Shown here: piece by piece, positions 39,375-51,448 of the stretch
Layout: every line of letters starts with the position of its first letter
How positions within the stretch are numbered: the first letter of the stretch is position 1
Assembly: GCA_041674265.1 (NCBI GenBank)
Contig: JBAYWC010000002.1
Span: forward strand, 8,380 to 72,379
Reading direction: 5' to 3'
DNA length: 64,000 bases
From: Terrimicrobiaceae bacterium
GTDB lineage: Bacteria; Verrucomicrobiota; Verrucomicrobiia; Chthoniobacterales; Terrimicrobiaceae
Position numbers and translations under genes: made by a program
Notes under the pieces: model-generated
Databases searched by the model: none
Seen by the model: only the letters and a program-made list of their open reading frames with translations
Told to the model about the DNA's origin: nothing

Positions 39375-39396
39375 AAATGATAATTGATTCTCATAT
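39375..39396. promoter_or_regulatory. Fur-family (Zur/Fur/Mur-like) box candidate upstream of the metal ABC importer
   Basis: AAATGATAATTGATTCTCATAT. The left half matches the Fur-box core AATGATAAT exactly. It is AT-rich, ~70 nt upstream of the SBP start, and is preceded by TTGACT at 39358. Confidence 0.45.
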
Positions 39397-39465
39397 ATGG
39401 ACCGCCGCGCCGGTTGCCGGCGGACGTGCGGCGATCCGTTTCCGACCGCAACCGAAAACACACCC

Positions 39466-40341
39466 ATGAAACCAAAACCGCCCACCGGTCGCGCCGCGGC
39501 CATCGCCGCCGTCTCGTTGCTCTTCGTTTGCGCCGCGAACGCCAAGGCCCTGGAAATCCTCACGTCGTTCTATCCGATGTATGTGAGCGCCCTGAACGTG
39601 GTGGGCGACACGCCCGGCGTGGGCGTGGCCTGCCTGACCCCGCCCATCGTGGGCTGCCTGCACGACTACCAGCTCACGCCGGGAGACATGAAAAAGATCG
39701 CCGGGGCGGACCTCTTTGTCGCCAACGGCGCCGGCATGGAATCGTTCATCGACAAGGCGCTGAAGCAATCCCCCTCGCTCAAGCTGGTGGATGCCAGCAA
39801 GGGCATCAAACTCGCCGGGGACAACCCTCACATCTGGGTCGGGATTTCCGGCGCCATCGAGCAGGTGAAAAACATCGCCCGCGGGCTGGCGGCGGCCGAT
39901 CCCGTCCACGCGGAACAATACCGGAAAAACGCGGCGGCCTACGTGGCGAAGCTGAAAACCCTGCGAACCGAAATGCACGCGGCATTGGACGGATTGAAAA
40001 ACCGCGGCATCGTCACCTTCCACGAGGCGTTTCCCTACTTTGCCAGCGAGTTCGGCTTGCACATCGCCGGGGTGATCGAGCGCGAGCCCGGCTCCGAACC
40101 CAACGCGAAGGAACTGGCCGACACGGTGGAGACCGTCAAGAAGCTGAAGGTCCGCGCCCTTTTCGCCGAGCCCCAATATCCCGCCAAGAGCGCCAAGGTC
40201 ATCGAGCGCGAGACCGGAGTGCCCGTCAGCATCCTCGACCCCGCCGTCTCGGGCCCGAGAGATCCCGCCGCGGCCCGCGACTCCTACCTCGTGACCATGA
40301 GGAAAAATCTCGACGTCCTGCGGAAAGCCCTGTCTGAATGA
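39466..40341 (+). CDS. metal (Zn/Mn) ABC transporter substrate-binding protein (ZnuA/TroA cluster 9 family)
   Basis: Signal peptide. ILTSFYPMY, CLHDYQLTPGD, NPHIWVG and FHEAFPYFA motifs. Confidence 0.85.
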   Translation: MKPKPPTGRAAAIAAVSLLFVCAANAKALEILTSFYPMYVSALNVVGDTPGVGVACLTPPIVGCLHDYQLTPGDMKKIAGADLFVANGAGMESFIDKALKQSPSLKLVDASKGIKLAGDNPHIWVGISGAIEQVKNIARGLAAADPVHAEQYRKNAAAYVAKLKTLRTEMHAALDGLKNRGIVTFHEAFPYFASEFGLHIAGVIEREPGSEPNAKELADTVETVKKLKVRALFAEPQYPAKSAKVIERETGVPVSILDPAVSGPRDPAAARDSYLVTMRKNLDVLRKALSE

Positions 40342-40379
40342 CGGATTGAAGATGGTAATTTTTCCTTCCTGCGCGGAAA

Positions 40380-40429
40380 ATCTGCGGATGGCAAAGAAGG
40401 GTATCCGCAGATCACAGATTTACGCGGAT
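40380..40429 (+). other. alternative-hairpin element in the SBP-ATPase intergenic spacer
   Basis: ATCTGCGGAT (40380-40389) pairs perfectly with ATCCGCAGAT (40403-40412). The same ATCCGC can instead pair with GCGGAT at 40424-40429. Confidence 0.4.
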
Positions 40430-40452
40430 TTCCAGAAGGGAACCTGAGGGGA

Positions 40453-41229
40453 ATGCAGACTTCTTCCGATCACCATACGGGAATTGCCCCCCACCAGTGC
40501 GGCCGGTGCTGCACGAACATCGACAAGATCAGCGTCACGCTGGACCGCCATCCGGTCATTGAAGACATTTCCCTGCACCTTCATTGCGGGGAACTGACCA
40601 CGGTCGTCGGGCCGAACGGGGCGGGAAAATCCACCCTGCTGCGCGCCCTGCTCGGCGAAGTGCCCCACACGGGAAGCATCCACTTTCTGCCCGTCTTCGG
40701 GCCGGGGCGCGAGGATGCCCCGTCCATCGGCTATGTTCCGCAGAGCCTGGATTTCGACCGCTTTTCCCCCTGCAGCGTCTGCGATCTCTTCGCCGCATCC
40801 GCCTCGCGATTTCCGGTTCCCCTCGGATGCCGGGGAGGAGTCCGGCAGACCGCCCTTTCCGCATTGGAGGCGGTGGAGGCCGGCGGGCTCCTGGACCGCA
40901 AGCTGGGAAAACTCTCCGGCGGGGAACTCCAGCGTGTCCTGCTGGCCCTGTCCCTGACGCCGGTGCCGAATCTCCTGCTCCTCGACGAGCCGGTGTCCGG
41001 GATCGATCTCCCGGGACGCGAGCTTTTTTACCGCACGGTCTCCGGCCTCCGGCGCCGGTTCGACCTCTCGATCCTGATGGTCTCGCACGATCTGGCGGGC
41101 ATCGCGTCCGTGTCCGACCGCATCGTCTTTCTCGACCGCCGCGTGGTTTGTGTCGGCTCCCCCGGGGAGGTCCTGGCCAACCGGGACTTCCGGCACGCCT
41201 TCGGGCTCGATCTGGAGGATTTGTCATGA
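40453..41229 (+). CDS. metal ABC transporter ATP-binding protein
   Basis: Walker A GPNGAGKST, signature LSGGELQR, Walker B LLLLDEP. Confidence 0.9.
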   Translation: MQTSSDHHTGIAPHQCGRCCTNIDKISVTLDRHPVIEDISLHLHCGELTTVVGPNGAGKSTLLRALLGEVPHTGSIHFLPVFGPGREDAPSIGYVPQSLDFDRFSPCSVCDLFAASASRFPVPLGCRGGVRQTALSALEAVEAGGLLDRKLGKLSGGELQRVLLALSLTPVPNLLLLDEPVSGIDLPGRELFYRTVSGLRRRFDLSILMVSHDLAGIASVSDRIVFLDRRVVCVGSPGEVLANRDFRHAFGLDLEDLS

Positions 41230-42062
41230 GCTTCCTGATCGATCTTCTGGCCAGCCTTCCGTTCGAGTGGGCGCGGTATGGGTTCATGCGCAACGCGCTG
41301 GTCGCGGTGGCCCTCGTCTCCCCGCTCTTTGGCGTGATGGGAACCCTGGTCGTGAACAACCGGATGGCATTTTTTTCCGATGCCATCGGCCATGCGTCCC
41401 TGACCGGCCTCGGGCTGGGGATTCTTCTCGGGCTGGCCGACCCCTTGTTGGCGCTTGTCGCCTTCGCGATGCTTCTTGGCATCGGCATCCTCGCCCTCCA
41501 TCGGTTCACGCGCTCCGCCATGGACACCATCATTTCCCTCTGCATGTCGTTCAGCGTCGCGCTCGGGGTGGTGCTGCTTTCCCGCGGGGGAAATTTCAAC
41601 CGCTACAGCCACTACCTCATCGGGGATTTGCTGAGCATCACGCCGCGGGAAATCGGCTGGCTTTGCCTGACGGCGTTCCTCGTCGGCGGCGGGCTCCTGC
41701 TTTGTTACAACCGCATTCTTCTCGTCGGCCTGAATGAATCCCTCGCCCGCAGCCGGGGGGTGAACACCTGGTGGACACAGATGTTTTTCGTGTCCTCGAT
41801 CGTGATGGTTGTCACCATGAACCTCAGTTGGGTCGGCCTCCTGATCATCAATTCGCTGCTGATTCTTCCGGCCGCCGCGGCCCGCAATATCGCGGGGAAC
41901 ACCCGCCAATACGTCCTGTTCGCCATGACCACAGCCCTCGCTTCGGGGATCTGCGGGCTCCTGATTTCCTATTACGCCGACACGGCGAGCGGGGCCACGA
42001 TCGTCCTCGTCGCGATGGGTTTCTATTTTCTCACGCTCGCGGCCAAGGCCCTGCGGCAGTGA
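41226..42062 (+). CDS. metal ABC transporter permease (ZnuB/MntB-like)
   Basis: MSFLIDLLASLPFEWARYGFMRNAL... Multi-pass membrane protein. The start overlaps the upstream stop (ATGA). Confidence 0.9.
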   Translation: MSFLIDLLASLPFEWARYGFMRNALVAVALVSPLFGVMGTLVVNNRMAFFSDAIGHASLTGLGLGILLGLADPLLALVAFAMLLGIGILALHRFTRSAMDTIISLCMSFSVALGVVLLSRGGNFNRYSHYLIGDLLSITPREIGWLCLTAFLVGGGLLLCYNRILLVGLNESLARSRGVNTWWTQMFFVSSIVMVVTMNLSWVGLLIINSLLILPAAAARNIAGNTRQYVLFAMTTALASGICGLLISYYADTASGATIVLVAMGFYFLTLAAKALRQ

Positions 42063-42078
42063 GGAGATGTGAAAGAAC

Positions 42079-44637
42079 TCACGCCTCCCCGCTTTCCTCC
42101 TCGTCGTCGTCGCTGACGACCGGGGCGATGGCCTGGAGATTTTCGCCCTCGCGCAGGTCGATGAGCTTCACGCCCTGGGCATTGCGGCCGGTTTCCCGGA
42201 TTTCCTGAATCCGGGTGCGGACCATTTTGCCCTTGTTCGTGATGAGCATGAGCTCGTCCGCATCGCGGACCGTGAGGGCACCGGCGACGCCGCCGGTTTT
42301 CTCGTTGGTCTTCATCGTGATGATCCCCTTGCCGCCGCGGGACTGGACGCGGTATTCCTCGAAGCTGGTGCGCTTGCCGAGACCGTTCTCGCCGGCGACG
42401 AGGAGCTGGGCGTCTTTGTTCACCACGGCTGCGGCGACGATGTAATCGCCTTTTCCGGGGCGGATGCCCCAGACGCCGACCGTGTCGCGGCCCTGGTCGC
42501 GCATTTCTTCCTCGTGGAAGCGGATGCTCTGGCCTTCATGGGTGATGAGCACGATTTCGTCCTGCCCGCTCGTCATCTTGCAGTCGATCAGGCGGTCGCC
42601 CTCTTCGATCTTGATCGCGATGATCCCGCCCTTGCGGATATTCTTGAAGTCGTTGAGATTGGATTTTTTGACGATGCCGCTGCGGGTGGCGAAGACGACG
42701 TGGAGTTTTTCGTTCCAGGTGTCCTCGTCCGTCTTCTGGCCTTGGACGCGGATGGTGGACGCGATTTTCTCATCGTTGCGGAGTTCGAGCAGATTGGCGA
42801 TCGAGCGGCCCTTGCTGGCCCGCGATCCCTCCGGAATTTCAAAAACCCGTTCCACGTAGCAACGTCCGGTCTCGGTGAAGAACATGAGGTAGTCGTGGGT
42901 GGTCGCGGTGAAAAGATATTCGACGAAATCGCTGTCCTCCTCGTTCTCGGATTCGCGGGCGGTCATGCCGATGACTCCCTTGCCGCCGCGCTTCTGGGCG
43001 CGGAACGCGCTGACCAGCGTGCGCTTGATGAACCCGTTGTGGGTGAGTGTGACGATGACTCCGTCGTTGGCGATCAGGTCTTCGATGGCGATCTCGCCCT
43101 CCGCGGGGACGATCTGGGTGCGGCGGGGAGTCGCGAATTTCACCTGCAACGCGCGGAGCTCGTCCTTGATGATCGCGAGAACGCGTTTTTCCTTCGCGAG
43201 GATGTCGAGGAGGTCCTTGATGGTGGCGACCAGAGCGTCGTATTCGTTCTTGATGCTGTCGCGTTCGAGGCCGGTGAGCTGGTAGAGCCGGAGATCGAGA
43301 ATGTGACCGACCTGCTTCTCGGAGAATTTGTAGTGGCCGTCCGCGATGCGGGCCTCGTTGCGGATGAGGATGCCGAGCTTCTCGACGGCTTTCTGCGTCC
43401 AGGAGAGCGCGAGAAGCTTTCCCTTCGCGTCATCGCGGTCCCGGGAGTCGCGGATGATTTTGATGAAGTCGTCGATGTTGGCGAGGGCGATGAGATAGCC
43501 CTCCAGTTTCTCGGCCTCGACCTCGGCCTCGTTGAGGAGGAACCGGGTCCGGCGGAGGATGACCTCCCGGCGGTGCTCGATGTAGCAATTGATCGCTTCT
43601 TTCAGCGAGAGGAGCTTGGGTTTGCCGCGGTCGATCGCCAGCATGTTGACGCTGAACGAGGATTCCAGCGCGGTGTGCTTGAAAAGGTTGTTGATGATGA
43701 CCTTCGGGTTTCCGTCGCGCTTGAGCTCGATGACCACCCGCGTGTCTTCAGCGCTTTCGTCGCGCACATCGCTGATGCCCGTGAGGATCTTCTCGTTCAC
43801 GAGGTCGGCGATCCGCTTCACCAGATCCGAGCGGTTCACATTGTAGGGGATCTCGGTGACGATGATGCTCTCGCGTCCGCCCTTGCCCTCCTCGACCGCC
43901 ACGCGCCCGCGCACCCGCACCTGCCCGCGGCCGGTTTCGAAATACTGGCGGATCCCCGAGGAACCCTGGATGACGCAGCCGGTCGGGAAATCCGGACCGA
44001 CGATGTGGGCCATCAGGCCGTCCGTCGTGATATCCGGGTCGTCGATCTGCGCGCAGATTCCGTCGATGCACTCGCCGAGATTGTGGGGCGCGATATTCGT
44101 CGCCATGCCGACGGCGATGCCTGTGCCGCCATTGACGAGAAGGTTCGGGAATGCGGCGGGAAAAACCGTGGGCTCGGATTCCGTCTCGTCGTAGTTCGGG
44201 ATGAAATCGACGGTCCCCTTGTCCATGTCCGTCATGAGCACCGCGCCGAGATGATCGAGACGGGCCTCGGTATATCGCATCGACGCGGGAGGATCCCCTT
44301 CGACCGATCCAAAGTTACCCTGTCCGTTGATAAGCATTTCCCGCATCGCCCAGGGCTGGGCCATGTGGACGAGGGTTGGGTAAATCGCCTGGTCGCCGTG
44401 CGGGTGGTATTTGCCCATCGTCTCTCCGACGATCCTCGCGCACTTGAGGTGCTTGCGGGTCGGCTGCACCCCGAGTTCGTTCATGGCGAAAAGAATCCGG
44501 CGCTGGGAGGGCTTCAACCCGTCGCGGGCATCCGGCAGGGCGCGGGAGATGATGACCGACATCGAATAGTCGAGAAACGACTTCGACATCTCGTCGGCCA
44601 CGTTCACCAACTCCACTTTTTCATTTTGCGTATACAT
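42079..44637 (-). CDS. gyrA: DNA gyrase subunit A
   Basis: 852 aa. FLDYSMSVIISRALPDARDGLKPSQRRILFAM...HPHGD. Confidence 0.97.
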   Translation of the reverse strand: MYTQNEKVELVNVADEMSKSFLDYSMSVIISRALPDARDGLKPSQRRILFAMNELGVQPTRKHLKCARIVGETMGKYHPHGDQAIYPTLVHMAQPWAMREMLINGQGNFGSVEGDPPASMRYTEARLDHLGAVLMTDMDKGTVDFIPNYDETESEPTVFPAAFPNLLVNGGTGIAVGMATNIAPHNLGECIDGICAQIDDPDITTDGLMAHIVGPDFPTGCVIQGSSGIRQYFETGRGQVRVRGRVAVEEGKGGRESIIVTEIPYNVNRSDLVKRIADLVNEKILTGISDVRDESAEDTRVVIELKRDGNPKVIINNLFKHTALESSFSVNMLAIDRGKPKLLSLKEAINCYIEHRREVILRRTRFLLNEAEVEAEKLEGYLIALANIDDFIKIIRDSRDRDDAKGKLLALSWTQKAVEKLGILIRNEARIADGHYKFSEKQVGHILDLRLYQLTGLERDSIKNEYDALVATIKDLLDILAKEKRVLAIIKDELRALQVKFATPRRTQIVPAEGEIAIEDLIANDGVIVTLTHNGFIKRTLVSAFRAQKRGGKGVIGMTARESENEEDSDFVEYLFTATTHDYLMFFTETGRCYVERVFEIPEGSRASKGRSIANLLELRNDEKIASTIRVQGQKTDEDTWNEKLHVVFATRSGIVKKSNLNDFKNIRKGGIIAIKIEEGDRLIDCKMTSGQDEIVLITHEGQSIRFHEEEMRDQGRDTVGVWGIRPGKGDYIVAAAVVNKDAQLLVAGENGLGKRTSFEEYRVQSRGGKGIITMKTNEKTGGVAGALTVRDADELMLITNKGKMVRTRIQEIRETGRNAQGVKLIDLREGENLQAIAPVVSDDDEEESGEA

Positions 44638-44643
44638 AGGAAA

Positions 44644-45081
44644 TCAGGCTGGGGAGAGGGTTTCGGGAAAGATCGGCATCTTCAGCAACTCCGCGGCTTC
44701 GCGCATCCGGCGGTCGGTCGTGCAGAGCGGAAAATCCTGGCTGAGGTCGCAGGCGGAGAGATGGATGGCGTCCAGCGTGCGCAGGGCGACCACGGGGTGG
44801 GTTGCCGAGAGAATCCTGTTGGCATTCCGCAAAGTCCGGGTCTCCAGCAACTCCAGTTCGATAACCTCCTCATCCGTCCAATTCTGGAAAAGTTGCCAGG
44901 CTTGCAGCCGCTGGCCCGGGGAGATCCTCCCGGCGCGTTCCTTCGAGAGAAGCGCGGCGGCGACCTCGGAGAAAGCCAGTTCCGAAGAGCTGATCTGGCG
45001 GCCCGTCACCGCGTTCTGAAAAACGGGGCTGTCCGGCTCCGCGACCAGAAGTTTGATAAGAATGCAGGTGTCCAGATACAT
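44644..45081 (-). CDS. vapC: PIN-domain toxin (VapC-like)
   Basis: MYLDTCILIKLLVAE (N-terminal Asp), SELAFSEV, LRTLDAIHLSAC and TTDRRM acidic residues in PIN spacing. 145 aa. Confidence 0.75.
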   Translation of the reverse strand: MYLDTCILIKLLVAEPDSPVFQNAVTGRQISSSELAFSEVAAALLSKERAGRISPGQRLQAWQLFQNWTDEEVIELELLETRTLRNANRILSATHPVVALRTLDAIHLSACDLSQDFPLCTTDRRMREAAELLKMPIFPETLSPA

Positions 45082-45084
45082 AAT

Positions 45085-45423
45085 CTACCAACCCCGTCCG
45101 TCGCGGTCTGCCCGGATGATCTCTTCCGCAGTTGGACCGCCGGCCCATGCCGGCATCGTGGCAAGGTGCTCGAGGGATCCCGGAAAAACCTTCCGCACTT
45201 TTTGAACCTTCATGGGGGAGAGTCTGGCTTTTGGCTTTCCACCGCTGGTAATAACGATTTCGCGCCCTTTTTCGACCAGCCCGAGAAGCGCGGAAAGATG
45301 GGCCTTTGCCGCACGGACGCTGATTGTTTCTCCCAAGCCGGGAAGAACGGCAACCTCACGCAGAACCGGCGATGGAATCAGCGGCTCGCCGTCTGTGATT
45401 CGGGATCTCGGGATTTCTTTCAT
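45085..45423 (-). CDS. Phd/YefM-type antitoxin (VapB-like); start uncertain
   Basis: ISVRAAKAHLSALLGLVEKGREIVITSGGKPKARLSP is the canonical Phd/YefM N-domain. It lies 3 nt upstream of the PIN gene. Confidence 0.7.
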   Translation of the reverse strand: MKEIPRSRITDGEPLIPSPVLREVAVLPGLGETISVRAAKAHLSALLGLVEKGREIVITSGGKPKARLSPMKVQKVRKVFPGSLEHLATMPAWAGGPTAEEIIRADRDGRGW

Positions 45424-45462
45424 GCCGAAATGTAGTCACATGTAGTCACTTTTGTCAAGCGA

Positions 45463-48144
<2,682 letters not shown>

Positions 48145-48173
48145 TTATCTGGCTTTTTCCACAGGATATTGGG

Positions 48174-49784
48174 ATGGAGAAAAACTCCGTCCACAATATG
48201 TTGGGTCTACCCGCATTTTTCTCCCGTTCTCTCAAGGTTTTCGCGGCATGGGTTTTCCCCGTGCTGGTTGCCGGATTGGGCCTGGCGGCATTCGCGTGGA
48301 ATGCCGAGGCGGTTTTTTTTGGAGGAAACGTCTATTTTACCGACGGGGACTGTTACGCGCGAATGACCCGCGCACGACTCGTGCAGGAACATCCGCTTGC
48401 GCCAATCCGGCAGCATGATTTTGAAAATTATCCGGCGGGCACGCGTCCCCATACCACGGCTCCTCTCGACTATCTCATCGCCGGTCTTGCCGCGGTGCTC
48501 GGGCCCTTTTCCCATGCGGCGCTTTCGTTGGCCGGCGCCTGGATTTCTCCAATCCTCGGTGTGGCGATGCTGGGGGTCTTGGCGCTTTGGGAACGGAAGA
48601 CGCCATTCGGCGGCGCGACGATCCTTCTGCTCGCTGTTTCCCCGATCGTCTCGCATGGATTCCTCCTCGGTCGCCCGGATCACCAGTCGCTGCTGATGCT
48701 GTCAATCGCCATTGCCCTGGCAGCCGAGGTCGACATGTGGACGAACGAAATCCGGGGAGTGCCGGGCAGAAAGCATGCCGCGACACCGGCCTCCTGCTTT
48801 CCATCGCGCAGGACAGGATGGATTTCAGCGCTTGCCTGGGGACTTGCGCTTTGGGTTTCGCTTTTCGAGCCGCTCATTCTTTTGACGCTTGTCGTGTTGC
48901 TCCGCCTTTTTGCGCGGCGTTTCAGGTTTTCCCGGATGCCGGCTGCCATCTTTCTCGCCGTTCTCGTTCTGGGATTTCTGGTGGATGGGTTTCATGTGGC
49001 GGCCTTCGATGCGCATTTCGCCAACTGGTCGCTCAACATCGGGGAATTGCGCCACGGGTCATTTCCGGTTCTATTCCGTTGGGCGGGATGGCTGGCCGTC
49101 GTGGCTCCCTTCGGCTTGCTGGCCGGCTATTTCAGGAAAAAAGAGCCCGTTTATCTGCTTCTTTGCGCCTTGACCCTGATCTTGGGGGGGCTGGCCATTT
49201 GGCATCTGCGGTGGGGGTATTTCTTCGTCATCGCCTTTGCCCTCAGCCTGCCGTGGTTGCTTCCATTGGCCCGGTGGAAAATTGCCGGGTGGGCAATTTT
49301 TCTTCTTTCGCTCTGGCCGGTTGCCGCCGATTGGGAAAAGACGCTGTATCCGGATGAGGCCACTTTCCGGGCACGGGCCGAATCCGTCGTGGATGCGGTG
49401 GCTCTCCGTGATGCCGCGATCCAGATCAAAGGGCTTCCCGAGCGCGGGGTCCTCGCTCCTTGGTGGTTCAGCCCTGCCATTGTCTGGTGGTCCGGCCAAC
49501 CTTGCGTCGCCGGAACCTCCCACCAGAGCCTCCCCGGGATTGTTGATGTCTCGGAATTTTTCCTTTCGGAGGGCGACGGGCAGGAGATCCTTGCCAGGCG
49601 GAAGGCCGGTTACATCTTTGTCTATGAGCCCGACCGGGTGATCTCCAATGCCGCTCAAATTCTCGGGCGGGCCGCCCCTTCCAACCCGCTTGGCCGGCGC
49701 CTCTATGGACATCCAAAGACGGCGGACTACGAGTTGCTCTACGCAAACCGGTTTTTCAAGGTCTTTGAAAATCCTCAGAAATAA
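48174..49784 (+). CDS. polytopic membrane protein, GT-C fold glycosyltransferase-like (STT3/AglB-like features)
   Basis: Many TM helices. First-loop motif FTDGDCYARMTRAR resembles the DxD..Y..R loop of oligosaccharyltransferases. The later APWWFSPAIVWWSG resembles a degenerate WWDYG region. Confidence 0.45.
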   Translation: MEKNSVHNMLGLPAFFSRSLKVFAAWVFPVLVAGLGLAAFAWNAEAVFFGGNVYFTDGDCYARMTRARLVQEHPLAPIRQHDFENYPAGTRPHTTAPLDYLIAGLAAVLGPFSHAALSLAGAWISPILGVAMLGVLALWERKTPFGGATILLLAVSPIVSHGFLLGRPDHQSLLMLSIAIALAAEVDMWTNEIRGVPGRKHAATPASCFPSRRTGWISALAWGLALWVSLFEPLILLTLVVLLRLFARRFRFSRMPAAIFLAVLVLGFLVDGFHVAAFDAHFANWSLNIGELRHGSFPVLFRWAGWLAVVAPFGLLAGYFRKKEPVYLLLCALTLILGGLAIWHLRWGYFFVIAFALSLPWLLPLARWKIAGWAIFLLSLWPVAADWEKTLYPDEATFRARAESVVDAVALRDAAIQIKGLPERGVLAPWWFSPAIVWWSGQPCVAGTSHQSLPGIVDVSEFFLSEGDGQEILARRKAGYIFVYEPDRVISNAAQILGRAAPSNPLGRRLYGHPKTADYELLYANRFFKVFENPQK

Positions 49785-50587
49785 AACGGGATCCCCCGCT
49801 CGTGGAAGGCGGCTTTCTGGCCGCCGAGATATTTGTCCCCCAACCGCTCGAATCCGCCGGACGCGCGATAAGATTTGAGGAAGTCGTTGATCTGGGCGCG
49901 AAGCTCGTCGTTGTCCAGCCTCAGGCCTATTGCCCAATTTTCATTCTTTACCGGAGTGAGCAATGCGCGCGTGGTTCCGGCTTGTTCCTTCGCATTTTTC
50001 CAGACGCTCATCTGGTCGTAGAGGAAGGCATCGGCTTTTCCCTGCACGACCTCGAGGACCGCGGCGGCCTCCTTCTCCAACGCGATGATTTGGGCGTTTT
50101 TCAAATTGGCCCGGGCCCAGACTTCGCCCGTCGTGCCCTGGCGGACCGCCAGCGACTTTCCGGGTCGATCGATGTCGGCAATACCCCGGATCGCGGAATC
50201 CTTTGCGACAAGCAGCGCAAGTCCTATGGTCAGGTAGGGGTCGGAGAAGGAAATGGAAGTCCGGCGTTCCGGGGTATCGGTCATCGAGGAAATAACGCAG
50301 TCGATCTTTCCGGTTTTCAGCGAAGGGATCAGGCCGGTGAACGGGATGTTTTCAATCCGGACGGGCCTGCCGAGATGTCCGCCAAGCGCCCGCGCCAGAT
50401 CCACGCTCACGCCGGCGGGCTTGCCCGAGGCATCGATGGTTTCGAAGGGCGGGTACGAGAGATCCATGCCCACGACGAGTTCGTTGGAGTTTCGTTTCTT
50501 TGTGCAGGCGCTGATGGCGCACGCCGCGAGAACGATGAAGAGAAGGCGTGCCGCTGCGTGGAAGACATTCCGTGGCATCCCGCGCAT
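49775..50587 (-). CDS. amino-acid ABC transporter substrate-binding lipoprotein (family 3 SBP)
   Basis: LAACAISAC lipobox-like signal. LVVGMDLSYPPFETIDASGKPAGVSVDLARAL...SSMTDTPER. Confidence 0.8.
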   Translation of the reverse strand: MRGMPRNVFHAAARLLFIVLAACAISACTKKRNSNELVVGMDLSYPPFETIDASGKPAGVSVDLARALGGHLGRPVRIENIPFTGLIPSLKTGKIDCVISSMTDTPERRTSISFSDPYLTIGLALLVAKDSAIRGIADIDRPGKSLAVRQGTTGEVWARANLKNAQIIALEKEAAAVLEVVQGKADAFLYDQMSVWKNAKEQAGTTRALLTPVKNENWAIGLRLDNDELRAQINDFLKSYRASGGFERLGDKYLGGQKAAFHERGIPFYF

Positions 50588-50743
50588 GTCCTGCCGGATT
50601 GTTGCGCATGGGCAAGATGCCCATGCCACAGGAGTTGGCCGGTGGTTCACTCCGGAAAAAAAGGCTCGGCAATACCGTTTCATCCGGGGATTCTTGGAAG
50701 GTCATCCATTTTTGTGCGAGCAATAATCTCGTGAAATCCCCGG

Positions 50744-51448
50744 ATGGTCTGGCATTGTGGCCGGGTGAAAATTCGCTTTTCAGTTCTTTGTCTCTTCCTG
50801 GTCACGGCACTGGTCCGGGCGGACAGCGAAGCGGAGGAGATCCTCAAAGCCGCGCGCACGAATCCGCTCGGCCAACCGGTGGTCCTGAGCGCGCAACTCC
50901 GCGCCAATGGAACGAAGGTCCCGTTCCAAATCGCCGTCCGGGATGGAAAGATCTCCTATATTTTCGAGAGTCCCTCCCAGGAAATCCTTCTCGGGTTGGG
51001 CGAAGAGGAGTCAACGCTGGAAGAACGCAAAGGCGGCAAAACCCAGCCTGTCGCTCCCGCGCGGTTTGACGATCCCGTCCGCGGCGGGCTCCTCACCTAC
51101 GAAGACCTGGCCATGCGGTTCCTTTACTGGAAAAATCCGAACCTTCTGGGCGAGGAAAAAATCGGCCCGAGCACCGCGTATAAAATTGAAATCCCGGCCC
51201 CTCCATCCGCCACGGAATACGGGGTCATGCGCGTCTGGGTGGACAAAAATACGGGCGCGCTCACGAAAATCGAGGGCTATGACCGGAAGGGACGGCTTTC
51301 AAAAAAATTCACCGTGGTCTCGGTCCAGAAGATCGATGGGCAATATATGTTGAAATCCATGAGCGTGGAACGCATCGATCCACAAACCCGCAAGGTTGCC
51401 CTTCGAACGTATCTCGAGATTCTCGGAAAAGCCGGGCCTGGACTTTAG
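50744..51448 (+). CDS. LolA-like outer-membrane lipoprotein-sorting family protein
   Basis: Signal peptide. GGLLTYEDLAMRFLYWKNP and the C-terminal pattern are typical of LolA-like (PF17131-type) proteins, as I recall them. Confidence 0.6.
   Translation: MVWHCGRVKIRFSVLCLFLVTALVRADSEAEEILKAARTNPLGQPVVLSAQLRANGTKVPFQIAVRDGKISYIFESPSQEILLGLGEEESTLEERKGGKTQPVAPARFDDPVRGGLLTYEDLAMRFLYWKNPNLLGEEKIGPSTAYKIEIPAPPSATEYGVMRVWVDKNTGALTKIEGYDRKGRLSKKFTVVSVQKIDGQYMLKSMSVERIDPQTRKVALRTYLEILGKAGPGL

Noticed and set aside
39119-39475. 118-aa minus-strand ORF in the rluA-like / metal-importer intergenic region.
   Set aside because: It spans a divergent promoter region. The translation is Arg/Pro-rich with no motif, and it overlaps the Fur-box and the SBP start.
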